From Oopsacas minuta (Eukaryota > Animalia > Porifera), in assembly GCA_024704765.1 (NCBI GenBank), contig JAKMXF010000310.1, forward strand, positions 682,001-746,000: DNA of 64,000 bases, read 5' to 3'. This document shows positions 10,426 to 21,916 of this stretch, piece after piece. The notes beneath the pieces were generated by a model. That model did not search any database. It was not told where the DNA came from and worked only from the letters and a program-made list of their open reading frames with translations. Position 1 is the stretch's first letter. Each line of letters starts with the position of its first letter. A program made the position numbers and the translations under genes.

Positions 10426-11239
10426 TATAAATATCACTAAATAATACCAGTGTAGAATCTGGTTGGTGATTATACATATGTGGTATGGTTGTAATTCTAG
10501 GCAAGAGTCCAAAATTATATTTGGGACAAAGCAGTATATCAATTAATGTCATGGTGATGATGCTAGAGCCAAATCTCGCGGATGGTGATGCCAGGTTGGC
10601 TATATGAGACACGAAGAGACAGGGAGGAACAAAATTTCACGACCCGCACGTTCTGGGGAACTATCTGAACAATTGCTAATTCTAGATTCATGACCAGCAG
10701 CACTTTAGGCCTTAATATCTGGACAGGTCAGATGCCACATGTACAGTGAATATATTTTAGAGGATAGAATTCCAGACTCCAGTACACTCTCCACTAGAGA
10801 AGAATTGTTGTCACGGGTCTCTTAATGCGCTTAGAAATGTGGAAACATATTTTAGTGGATTAAATCCTCTCCTGCTAACTAATTGTTGTGTTCAGAGATA
10901 ATATTACAAAGTGCATAAGGGCGAGCATATCAAGGGGACAGCATTCACTGTGGTATCATGGGGACATGGAGGCATGTCTGTTAAAACGTTATGTGACACA
11001 ATATTTACGAATATATAATTGTCTAGCTTCTACTATGTATTGTAATACGAAAGGAAAATAATTAATAATGAGGCGTGAAGTAATTATAAAATTTCTGGAA
11101 CAATTCCCTTTCATATTTTATAAGTTTTAACGAAAACTCAGAGTCCAGTAAATGTATAAATGCACTAATCGCTATAATTGAGAAATAAATACCAAATAAA
11201 TAGAATAAATAGAAACAAGGGGATAGAGAAATTAGAGCC

Positions 11240-12555
11240 TCTGTAGACAGTTGTCTTCCTTCATGTCACCAACTGTAATTATAGCCAGATCGTTCTATGA
11301 ATATGCAAGAGGGACGGAATATTTGACACAGTCCATGCCTTGTCTCACAAACTGTTTCTATGAATTTACCTTCTATGCCGAAAACTTTGATGGAATTATC
11401 CCAGAAATCGCATATGTAGATTCTCCATTCATGTGTGATAGGATTCCATAACAGGTTGAAGTTGTATGCTCCTACTATCTGATCTTCTATGGGTATGGAC
11501 ACTATGAATTCTCATTCTAGAGAGAACACTTGGAGAGGAGAGGGAGATCCAGTGAAGAGACAGAAGACAAACTCATCAACAGCCTTCATGTCCTGTAGCC
11601 ATGGATGCCTGTTGGGTATCTTGGTATGCAGGATAGGATTAAGTGGGTATTCTTGTTCTATACAGAGAGGATCTAGCTGCATACGGATGAGACTGGGCGA
11701 GAGATTACCCACAAACAAATGATTACTATTAGAGGAGGTGCAATAAGCTTGCGGTATTGAGATGGTATGTTCACGATTCACGAGAGATATGTCTGTATGT
11801 GAACTATCTCTCCATTCAAGCTAAATTGTGCTAATATACTTGAATAGCATACAAATACGGACGGTTTGAAGTATGTTAATGAGACAGGAATATCAGCCAA
11901 ATTGAGATGAGGACAATAATTAGATACTTTAGCTGCAAGATCTTCATCTCTGTAGAGTGAGACAACATCACCATATCTATAAGCTACCATTACGTTTTCA
12001 TAAAACACAATTACTCCAGCTGGAGCATCTAATTGGTGACTATGAACTCCTCTATCAACACCAGATACTATAGGGATGTTCCTCTATTCTTTGTGTGGAG
12101 CTACTCTATGAGATTGTTATCAGTGTTGATGGCAAATGAAGGAATGTATATTCGGTTGACATAATAGTGACGGATCTTTCTGATATATAACTTTCAAACC
12201 CTTATACTCCTTATTGGCATATTCTTGCTGACAAGCTATTCTAGTGACTTGGCTACTCTGTATAGGAAAGATAGTTCATTGAATGTGAAAGCCACAGCGC
12301 TCAGCTATTGCATATTATCCTCCATCTCTTTGCATTTCTCTTTTACTCATTTTCATTTCTAGTTTTCAACTCATCACTAGCTACCGCACACTCCTTCTTG
12401 ATTCTATTCAGGCTGATGTCACATTCCTGACGTGTGAAACCCCAGGGAAGCAGGTCTCTCTTGGACGGATTCACAGGTTTCATGTCTTTGCCTATATCAG
12501 GATTTACATAGAAAAGGAGTTCTCCCTTTATTAAGTGTTTCGCTCCCTGCTTCAT
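11240..12555 (-). pseudogene. Degraded coiled-coil + NHL-like propeller gene
   Basis: Fragments 12343-12555, 11778-12008, 11512-11781 and 11266-11502. NHL blade IYICDFWDNSIKVFGIEGKF...IFRPSCIFI is present. A coiled-coil frame near 12200-12340 reads through several stops (KEKCKEMEDNMQ*LSAV...SLE*LV). Confidence 0.7.
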
Positions 12556-13088
12556 AGCGCTATAATACGTTCCATTTCATTGAGCACTAAATGTAGGAAG
12601 CCACATAACATTTACCTTCAATATAGAGGTTATAACCTCAGTTTGAAAATGGCTTAAGTAATCCACCAAGTTGACCATTTTGATGGCTATTACCAACAAA
12701 CCATAGAATGTGTTGAGTACTGCAATAAAGGTGCATGTATGGTAACCTGAATTTAGTCGATAATTATATTCGGACTACCGACTTGGTTGATAATAGTAGA
12801 ATTTTCATAATAAACGGGTTCGTATTAACGTCCTTAACAGTAATACATCTTTGTAATTATCATTTTGAGGCTCCGCGTGCCGCATTAATTTAGCGCAGAT
12901 TATTGTATTTACCTCGATAGGATCAGCCTGAAACTTACTAGAAAGCTGTCCCGATTAAGCAAAGTTGGATTGTATTTAGATGCCTTATAATGCGTAATAA
13001 TAATCTCAATAACAAACTGCATCAATAAACAGATCCAATAATAGTGAATAAAAATAACATTGAGAATGAATACAACTTTTGATGAGAA

Positions 13089-13619
13089 TTATGATAAGTT
13101 TAAATCAATTAGTGTCCAGAATAATTCATCTACACTAGCATCTACATTAGCACTTATCTCGTGATGTACAGCACCAATATCACCAGCATACTTCAATCCT
13201 TGTCTCCTCTCAACTGATCGTTCTGATTCTAAATCAATTTTATTACCAACTAATACTCTAGGTGTTGAAGCTAAAGTTGTATAGTTTTCTATCTCTTTTA
13301 ACCATGATTCTAGTTTGCCTAGAGATTCAGAAGCGGTTACATCATAGACAAGTAAGATACCGTTCATTCTAGTCAGAGAAAAGTTACCCATGAGACAGGG
13401 GTCCGCACCATGCATGTCCCATATCTGAAGTTCAGTTTCCCTCCCTCTTAAAATAACTCTCTTGAAATGAACTTCCATTCCTATCTTCCCCGGAGATGTT
13501 ACAGGAAAGTTCTCTGACTCGTAAATGTACCGATTAATTATAGAAGATTTACCCACACTTGGTTCTCCGACCACAACGAATTTCAGAATATTTTTCTCGT
13601 TAAATAATCCTTCAGCCAT
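13089..13619 (-). CDS. Atypical Rab-like small GTPase, 176 aa
   Basis: G1 GEPSVGKS, G3 WDMHG, G4 NKID, G5 SAN and the Rab-like LLVYDVT...WLKEI stretch. No C-terminal Cys prenylation motif. Confidence 0.85.
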   Translation of the reverse strand: MAEGLFNEKNILKFVVVGEPSVGKSSIINRYIYESENFPVTSPGKIGMEVHFKRVILRGRETELQIWDMHGADPCLMGNFSLTRMNGILLVYDVTASESLGKLESWLKEIENYTTLASTPRVLVGNKIDLESERSVERRQGLKYAGDIGAVHHEISANVDASVDELFWTLIDLNLS

Positions 13620-14159
13620 TCCTGTAGCTAATTAGATTATTAGAATGTTTTACTAATGCGAGACTAAGGATAAGAATTGTAGAATATACACATACATATA
13701 TTACTGACACCTTTATTACAAATCAATGATTGAGCTTTTTTATCCATCCATGGTGGATTTGTAGAGAGTCTGTATACGTATAGTGGGTATTGGGAAAACC
13801 GGACCAACTTCTACTACAGAACAGTATAGGTCAATGCTAGTCCTGTAAAAGTTATTAGCAAGAACGAGAAATCCATCATTGGTACATTTTCAATGTCCTC
13901 CGTTCATTAAATAGATGGGCAGAAGATTTCAATAAATCTCGAATTATCATAATGGACAGGTTAGAGAATATAGAAATAAGGGAATATGGGTCAAGCCCTT
14001 TAAATGTGGTTCTCGATAATAATTGAAGTAACTAATTTTCGGACAAAAGTGAGTATCCCTAAACCTACCTTATAGAATATACTAGTAATATATACGTCAT
14101 GATCCAGGCTATACAATATAACAATAAGTAATCGACAGTGATTAATGAATGAGTAAATA

Positions 14160-14912
14160 TTAATACAAGTGAGTCCGTTGTTTGGGATTTGCCCTTTCTT
14201 GTAATTCATTAATTTTCTGTTTTAAACAGACAACTTCTCTGCTATGCAGCTGTTGCATATGTTCTAATTTGCGTCTGTAGATATCTTGTGAGTTATTCAT
14301 TCCCGCATTTCCTGTTTGATTCTGATGAGAGCTTATCGAGTTCTGTCTCATTGCTTTCATTAGACGAGCCTCGTATTCTAGCTTCAGTTTTGTTATTTCT
14401 TCTTTCTTGTCTTTCTCAGCTACATTTAGTTGTCCCTCTAACTCACTTATTTTCTTGTCCCTGAGGGTAATCTCGTGATCGAATTTCTTGTTTAGATTTA
14501 CAACTGTAAATAACTGTTCCTCTTTTATTTCGTCAATTTCAGCTTCTTGCTTACATTCCAATTCTTTGAGATTAATCCTCCAACTCTCTCTCTCATTCTC
14601 AAACGATAATGTAACTCCCTCAGCCTTTAATTCTAACTCCTTAATTCTACTCTTCAAATTGGAATTCTCTTCTTGTTGTACAAGATGTTGTCCCAATGCA
14701 GATTGTACTGTGTCAACAGAGTCCTGTAGCAGTTGAATGTGTAGCATTTTATCCTGTAGCTGTTTCTTAGATTCAGTTTTAGACTCTGTAGCAAGAGTCA
14801 GCTGTTCTTGGAGCTGAATATTCTCAGATACCATTTCATTACATTTCAACTCAAAACTAGATAGCAATTGTAAACTGCTCTCAATGTCGATATTTTCCTC
14901 AGAAATATTCAT
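14160..14912 (-). CDS. CCDC152: Coiled-coil domain-containing protein 152-like, 250 aa
   Basis: All-heptad protein. The C-terminal EKDKKEEITKLKLEYEARL and DIYRRKLEHMQQ segments match recalled CCDC152 motifs EKEKQNEIIKLQLEFDAKL and SIYRRKLQHFQE, and the length is similar. Confidence 0.75.
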   Translation of the reverse strand: MNISEENIDIESSLQLLSSFELKCNEMVSENIQLQEQLTLATESKTESKKQLQDKMLHIQLLQDSVDTVQSALGQHLVQQEENSNLKSRIKELELKAEGVTLSFENERESWRINLKELECKQEAEIDEIKEEQLFTVVNLNKKFDHEITLRDKKISELEGQLNVAEKDKKEEITKLKLEYEARLMKAMRQNSISSHQNQTGNAGMNNSQDIYRRKLEHMQQLHSREVVCLKQKINELQERANPKQRTHLY

Positions 14913-16688
14913 CAGGATATGCTATGTGGTGAAACTCTATAGGAATTGTAAAGATTAACTCGTACGTACAAACAATTTGATTCATGATTAGTCTGTTTGT
15001 TTGTCCGATTTTAGTGTATATCTTGTCAGTTAGTATAATGGCCCAGTAATTAACTAACTTCCTATATCAGGATTTATTATTCTGTGCTCATATGACCGAA
15101 TTTTGTCTCACTTTGGCCACAGAGATATTACGAAATATTCTGATCAAATAGATTTTGACCCAATTTGACCAACGTGCCAAACATGACCAAACCTGAACCA
15201 ACAAATCAACAGTGTGGTCATGATAGTTATGTTAGACAAAGTGAGGCCACAAGGGCATGAGAGTTTGAAAAACCCTATCCTATATTATAACCTATAATAT
15301 TAAAACCCAATTAATCTTTATCAATAACTATGACTAAGGCAAAGGCATTCACTTAAATTATTGTACCATGGATTGGCTATTATATTTATATTCTTCCTCT
15401 ACATATTACAGTATAATACATTATGAATTTATATTACCCCATCCACCAAATGCCATTCATGAACAAGTGTGTTATACAGTAGTGTTAGATTGATAGTGAA
15501 ATCATATTTTAACATCAACATCAAAAGGATAAAGCAGCGGCGACACATTGTTACATAAAGTGGTCCGGCGACGCCACACCTCCGATATTATAACTGGTCA
15601 TGTGTAGGAAGAACATTGGGCAATATTTCTATAAGTAAATAGTGATATGATACCCAACTGTTCTTTTAATTTCACTCGAGTATTAAAAGTAATTCAAAAA
15701 CAGGAAATTTGCCAGATTGATCGGATAATGAGGTACGGCGCTCGTCGGATCTGCCGCCCCTGTAAATGACATCTGTTTTACCCTCTCCAAGTGAACAATA
15801 GATCTGGCACTCTTCTACCGTCGATAATGTCTTGAAAAGGCCTCTAGTATCATTGAAATAGGCCCCGGAAGTTGGAACCATTCGACCCCTAGTAGTATAC
15901 GATCCTATGTTGACACTAGCAGCTTCATGAGCCTCAATCCTTTACTTCTAGTTCTAGGTCTTGATTCCATTCTCGTAACTTGGCGTTAGAGTTCGAAGAA
16001 GCGAAGGTTCTATTGTTAACTTCCTTTCGGGAGACCTCCTGTCGATTCTACACTCTCTAAAGGGACTAGACTCTGCTAGATCAGATGCTTTAACTTTACT
16101 CCTTTATCCTTCTACAAACAAAGATCGAATCACCTTAAGGATTCCGATCCTGGGATTTTCAAACGAATTGATCACACTCCAAAAATTGGCTTCCATTGAA
16201 TTATACACGTCTACCTAATTAGGAAGCTGTAGAAATTATATGTAACAATAGCAATCTGATGTTCGTAGTACGACATAATATAATATTACCAATACATACA
16301 CATAAGTTGACATAAGTATACTACATATTACTATAGTACATTCTTAGCAGAACCGATATTGTTATTCTTTGGCTGCATGGCAGTGGACCACGTTAGATTT
16401 CGAGAATTTGAAGGTGTCCCAATTTGGACACATTGGTGTTAATTAGAAATAGCATCACTAATTAGTAATAGTATACGCTTTGGTTATCCAATCGTGATAC
16501 TTTATTGTATTCCATTGTTTCTATGCTACTTTCATTATTATTTTCATTCCTTTTCCATTTAATTCAGTATTGAAGAACGTGAATATATACTCAATCTTCG
16601 CCATACAACCTAAAGCAAGCCAATGACTTGTAACTATTACAAAGACTAATCCATCAATCATAGTATTAGTATAAGCTATGTACATATA

Positions 16689-16799
16689 TCTATATTATTA
16701 AATCACAATTGTTGTTTGTCTGTTTATTTGTCCGTTGAATGCCTCGAGGCGCAATGCGGCGAGTTCATCGCGAAGCGACGAGCCAAAGGCTCGTAGAAG
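16689..16799 (+). mobile_element. Minimal Helitron-like non-autonomous element (family A, 111 bp)
   Basis: A|TCTATATTATTAAATC...TTGTTTGTC 5' end, hairpin ACGAGCC-AAA-GGCTCGT near the 3' end, degenerate 3' terminus followed by T. Nearly identical to 60231-60331. Confidence 0.65.
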
Positions 16800-17169
16800 T
16801 AAAAATTTTAATGTATTAATTAAGTATGCTCAATCCCGGGATCCCTATCTACACCCCCAGAAAAATTAAGTGTTCTCGCCCGTGGAACCTGTATAACCCG
16901 ACGCCTGTATTTTCCGGAAGACCTCTATATCCGACAGTGTTTCTGGCCTGAAATAGCTTCGACGATACAAATTAAGTTAATATTGCAGTTTTCAAGCGTT
17001 CGTTCTGCTCCTTTCAGGGAATTGGGGTTCGATTCATGGGCGTTTAGTTCCGTTTAGCTGCTGTTCTGCAATATAATCTGAGACATAATTTGAGAACTCA
17101 TAATTCTCAGAAAGTGTACAAGAGAATACAGTAGCATACGTATAGCAGTAATTATTAGTTATTGAAAAT

Positions 17170-17225
17170 GACTATTCGCATGCGAACAAGTTACCTTCCG
17201 CATGGAAGTGACTATTCGCATGCGA
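17170..17225. repeat. Two copies of GACTATTCGCATGCGA spaced 40 bp apart
   Basis: Direct repeats at 17170-17185 and 17210-17225, each containing the palindrome TCGCATGCGA. Confidence 0.8.
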
Positions 17226-17461
17226 GAATGAGTTCATTCGCTGGTGATAATGATTGGATATGTATGCGAGATATAAAATTCATTTGTGAATTTGATGCCT
17301 GAAATCTGATACACACATATACAACAATGAACGTTTGTTCATTAACTAATTCGAGAAAAACGTTTCTCCCACTGACAGTCAATATACCAGCACTATCTGG
17401 TGTCGCAACCAACCATTTTTGAGGCATCTTAAATCCCGTATAAAAACAGGAAAAATTCTGA

Positions 17462-17631
17462 CACATTCTAATTGCTGATTATTCTTCAAATTCTATTTCC
17501 ATCTTCAATCCTGAATTCCAATCAATTCACAATATTCCAGTCTCTGAGCTTCCAACAGCTGTAACAGTAGACAATCATGATAGAGTTATAGTAGTGTGTT
17601 ATCATACTGTGAACTGTCTACAGATATTTTG
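17462..17631 (+). pseudogene. C-terminal NHL-repeat gene remnant
   Basis: Manual translation gives ILIADYSSNSISIFNPEFQSIHNIPVSELPTAVTVDNHDRVIVVCYHTVNCLQIF*, matching the last two blades and the LQIF* end of the other NHL genes here. Confidence 0.75.
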
Positions 17632-19307
17632 ATATACAACTCTATCTATATGTGTATTTCTATATTTCATTTTCTTTACTTTCCCTTTCATAACTCTACG
17701 TATTTACGTATTTCCTTACATCAGTATTATTCTTTATCAGTTATACTAATTAGAATTGTGTGTATAACCTCTTTAGTGACCTGAAGGATGTTGGTTTGGC
17801 GATTTATACATAGTAACCTGCTTGTTAGAAAATTCTATTTGAATAATCTAACAACTACACATTATGGCCATTTGTTGAAATATATATGGGTCCACTGAGA
17901 ATAATCTATATTCTAACACCTAGGAATTTAATTTGTACATTGACCTGCCCCAATGAGCTCCTCTCTACGCTTCCTGCGGTGGTAGCGATTTTAATATACA
18001 TTTGTCTTAAGCGTGAAAGGAGGATAAGGGAGAGAAGGTTACTGCAAGATCTTTGGCCAACTAGAGATATATAATCCCACAAGGAGATTGGGAGACAAAT
18101 TCTATTACGTTCCTGAATTGGTATGGGACAATGTCTCCTAAACTGGTTTTCCTAAACCAGATTGGAACATTCAATAGTAGTAACTCATTATACATACATG
18201 TTGTATAATGTATTTATGTATATATTTCATATATTTTGGGATGTTCTTGGATGTATTAATTTACGCGTTTTATACGTGTTTATGATGTGGATACTGACAT
18301 CTCGTTACATGACATTTTGCTGCACCTTTGATGGTTATTTTAGTGGATACCCCTATATGGAGACATCCGTCCGTCCGCACGGTTGTAGTGCGAAAGTCTG
18401 AAAATTGGTGCCTATATGTATTCTATCGTCTAGATTTGCACCTGGATATTTAGTTTGTTTCCGATGTCAGAACTATTCAATTCGAATTTGATGAACTTAT
18501 CTAGTATCAAGTATTCATTTTTCAGCAGTTACTACGAGTTCTATAACGGCTACATTGATATGTTATCTTTCGATACTCTTGAGAATCTGTACTGTTGCTA
18601 ATGGATGTGTTGATAGTACGATTCTTAGCTTTATTTTCGACCCTGATGTTCTTAGCAAATGACGAGGATACTCGGAAGTGCATACATAAACAAGATTTAA
18701 ATAAATATCTGTATATCGATCTAGTATATAAGGATCCTTACTGTATTGAGTTTATTGAAATTTCATTTGTTCATTATTGTAGTCGCGGAATGAAAGGTTC
18801 ACAAACTAACTGAGATAGCGTAATTCCTTACATTTCAGCCTGACGTCTGTTTAGTTCGTTGACATTTAGTGGTGTCATGCTGTGGAAGCACATGGGAGCG
18901 CCCCTCCCATTTTCTATACCTTCTTGCATTGACACGTCATAAATCCTGCATAATTTTTGAAATTTTTTACATTATCCTAATCTCCCTTGTTTATCTTTCT
19001 TTGATTAACGCGATGAATACGCTCTATATAACAACTAGAAATTGCTAATGACAAGCAGACAGATAAACAATAATTTATGTTATCCTTTTCTTTGTATCTT
19101 TTCCTTGTTTAATTTCATGGATGAATTGGGTTTCTAAATATACATTAGGTGATTTCAGTATTTTCTGCTGATACAATAGGTTCTGAACTGTTCTTACATT
19201 AATTATTTGGACCTCCATTATCAGAATATGTGCAAGAGAATATAGTAGTATCACATTACGTATAGCAGTAATAATATAACTTGATGTTATTTTGATTTTA
19301 TATATAA

Positions 19308-20290
19308 CTAGCGCGCTTTGCTTGCTGCGCGTTACACAGTTGCGAACTTTTCGTGTCCGCACTCGAGCCTACGGCTCTCGAGTACACAAACTCATAATCT
19401 TAACCGTAACAAACATGATACTGCGATAATCGTTAAACCTGCTTACTTTATGTGCCCAAAAAGTAAACAAATATTTGAGAAATGTTGTTTACAATATCAT
19501 ATTTGGACTCAGCATACTCAATTACCCCATTATAGTCGTTGAAAGCATGATTCTACCTCAATTTTGAAATTTGTTTACTTCATGTACCTAAAGGTAGACA
19601 AATATTCACAATATGTTGTTTACAATATCATATTCGGACTCAGCATACACGATAACCTCAGTATAATCATTGAAAGTATGTTTCTACAGCAATTTGAAAT
19701 TTGTTTACTTTACGTACCTAAAAGTAAACAAATATTCACAATATGTTGTTTACAATATCATATTCGGACTCAGCATACACGATTACCTCAGTATAACCAT
19801 TGAAAGCATGTTTCTACACCAATATTGAAATTTGTTTACTTTATGTACCTAAAAGTAAACAAATACTCACAATATGTTGTTTACAACATCATATTCCGAC
19901 TCAGCATACTCGATTACCCCGGGATAGTCAGTGAAAGTATGATTCTACCCCAATTTTGAAATTTGTTTACTTTATATTCATAAAAACAACAATAAATTTA
20001 CATATGAGAAATTTGAAAATGCGAAATTCAGAATCAGCGTACTTGATTATCCCTATATATCTGTTGAGAGCAAGTCTCTAAGTATAATTCGAGATTTCAA
20101 CTATTTGTTTACTTTATATTCATAAAAACAACAATAAATTTACATATGCGAAACTTGAAAATGCGAAATTCGGAATCAGCGTACTTGATTAACCCTATTT
20201 GTTTGTTGAGAGCAAGTCCCTAAGTATATTTCGAGATTTCAACTATTTAAAAACAACAATAAATTTACATATGAGAAACTTGAGAATGCG
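19308..20290 (-). mobile_element. Helitron-like non-autonomous element (family B) with internal tandem arrays
   Basis: On the minus strand the 3' end is a GC-rich stem followed by CTAG|T (CTAG at 19308-19311). It contains four ~130-bp units (register points ~19482, 19613, 19743, 19874) followed by ~2.5 units of ~143 bp. Confidence 0.65.
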
Positions 20291-20293
20291 ACC

Positions 20294-20371
20294 AACCTGC
20301 TTAACCTGCTAAACCGGTTAAACCTGTTTAACCTGCTAAACCTGTTAAACCTGCTTAACCTGCTAAACCTG
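20294..20371. repeat. 9-bp minisatellite (AACCTGYTW), about 8 copies
   Basis: aacctgctt aacctgcta aaccggtta aacctgttt aacctgcta ... read directly. Confidence 0.9.
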
Positions 20372-20419
20372 ATCTAGCATCATCTAGAAGCTAAATATCA
20401 GAAAATTGGCATACAAATA

Positions 20420-20770
20420 CTTTTTAGGTCTGAGATTGCACATTGGGTTAGAATTTTTGAATATTTCACACCTTTTTCGTGATTAATCATATTATCACAC
20501 CTTTCTATTTAATTCCAAAATCATGCTAGAGATTTTGTTTTAACTGCTAGTAAGGGGTAATCAAGTGTGTAGATTTCAATTTAGATATTTTCAAATATAT
20601 AGCTAAATGATTTATCATATGATTAATCATATTTCACACCTTTTTGCATATTATTCAAAATCATGCTAGAGATTTTGTTTTAACTGCTAATAAGGGGTAA
20701 TCAACTATGTAGATTTCAATTTTGACATTTTCAAACCTATACATACAGATACAGGATTTGTCATATGATT
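20420..20770. repeat. Diverged tandem duplication of the Helitron-family internal module
   Basis: Two copies of catgctagagattttgttttaactgcta..aaggggtaatcaa...gatttcaatt...ttttcaaa, near 20520 and 20660. Confidence 0.7.
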
Positions 20771-21434
20771 AATCTTACTTCATCCCACTTAATGTGGTAG
20801 TCGGAGCGGAAGCAAGTGCCCTACAAACATTTGGCCTAAAGGAAAATCATTTTGCACAGATTGCGATTTGAGAATTTTTTTAGGGCAAAATTTAGGGATA
20901 CCCTGTCATGGGCATGGCAACAACAGGATTTTTGAAGGGCCTACTGAATATTTTGGGAGGCACAGAAACCCAAAATTCTGAGTGTTTTTCATGTAGATAT
21001 AGAACATTTTCGGGGGGTTGTGATTTTTATATGTCCGTGATTATGGTGGTACGCGGTGTCAAAAGTTTGAGAATCGCTGGCCTAGAGTGCTAATTAATTA
21101 ACAAATTCAGATTCTAACCTATAGTACTGGTGAAACATGGGAGAAACATGAATTTGCGTCATGGTTGCAGTGCGTTTAGTAGTTCGCTACTAATCAAAAT
21201 GAAGCATTTATTCTGATGGAAATAATCATTTCACAGATATAAAAAATGTTCAGGCAACAGACTGGTAGTGCAGCTCAGGTTTATGTATTTGTTCTTTTCA
21301 GGCCTCGGGGACGGACCTAAGAGCGTATCGACGTCGCACATCATCCATGCCATTAGGGCATCTCCTTATAGGAGCTGCACTAAAAATTAGAAAATCTCGA
21401 AGTACTCATTACGACACATTGGGGACTGGGGCAG

Positions 21435-21621
21435 CACAGTACACTCAATCCGAATTTCGCATTTCAAGTTTCTCATAAATAGATTTATTGATGATTTCAT
21501 GATATGATGAATTATGTAATATTACGAACTATGGTCCTAAATAGGTCTTCAATTCGGATAATAAATAACAACTCGAGGCGCAAAACGCCTAGCCGATTGT
21601 GAAGAAACGAGTCGAGTCTAG
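21435..21621 (+). mobile_element. Helitron-like fragment with a third 3' terminus variant
   Basis: Shared module ccgaatttcgcatttcaagtttctcat, then aactcgaggcgcaa..., ending in CTAG|T at 21618-21622. Confidence 0.55.
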
Positions 21622-21681
21622 TACGTATTAGTAGAATATATGAAAATTATATGGAATTATTAAGCAACAACTTTACTAATA

Positions 21682-21853
21682 CAGTGGAGTTCGCTTATTA
21701 GCAACTCGCTTACTAGCAATATTCGCATATTAGCAACATATTTTCAGGTTCCAAGATAGATTTTGTATTGATTCTGTTCCCCAATTAACAACTTCGCGTA
21801 TTAGCAATTGAAATTCGTGTAAATTGCGTATTGCGAGTAAACGAACTCCACAG
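21682..21853. mobile_element. pogo/Tigger-type MITE
   Basis: TA-CAGTGGAGTTCGCTTATTAGCAA left end and an imperfect inverted copy at the right end (ttgcgagtaaacgaactccacag). Confidence 0.7.
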
Positions 21854-21916
21854 TTGAATAAAAGAAAACAAAATGTATTAGGTAAGATTCAAAAACGCAG
21901 TTAGAACTAGTAAAAG

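Noticed and set aside
15672-16200. Degraded ~170-codon minus-strand frame (MEANFWSV...GKFPVFE)
   Set aside because: It looks coding-like but has four stops and no motif I recognise, so I cannot assign it.
17010-17050. GGTTCGATTC box-B/T-loop-like motif suggesting a tRNA or SINE
   Set aside because: No cloverleaf, acceptor stem or box A could be built.
19400-19960. Regularly spaced repeats resembling a CRISPR array
   Set aside because: The whole 130-bp unit is repeated with no unique spacers, there are no cas genes, the context is eukaryotic, and the unit is a dispersed TE module.
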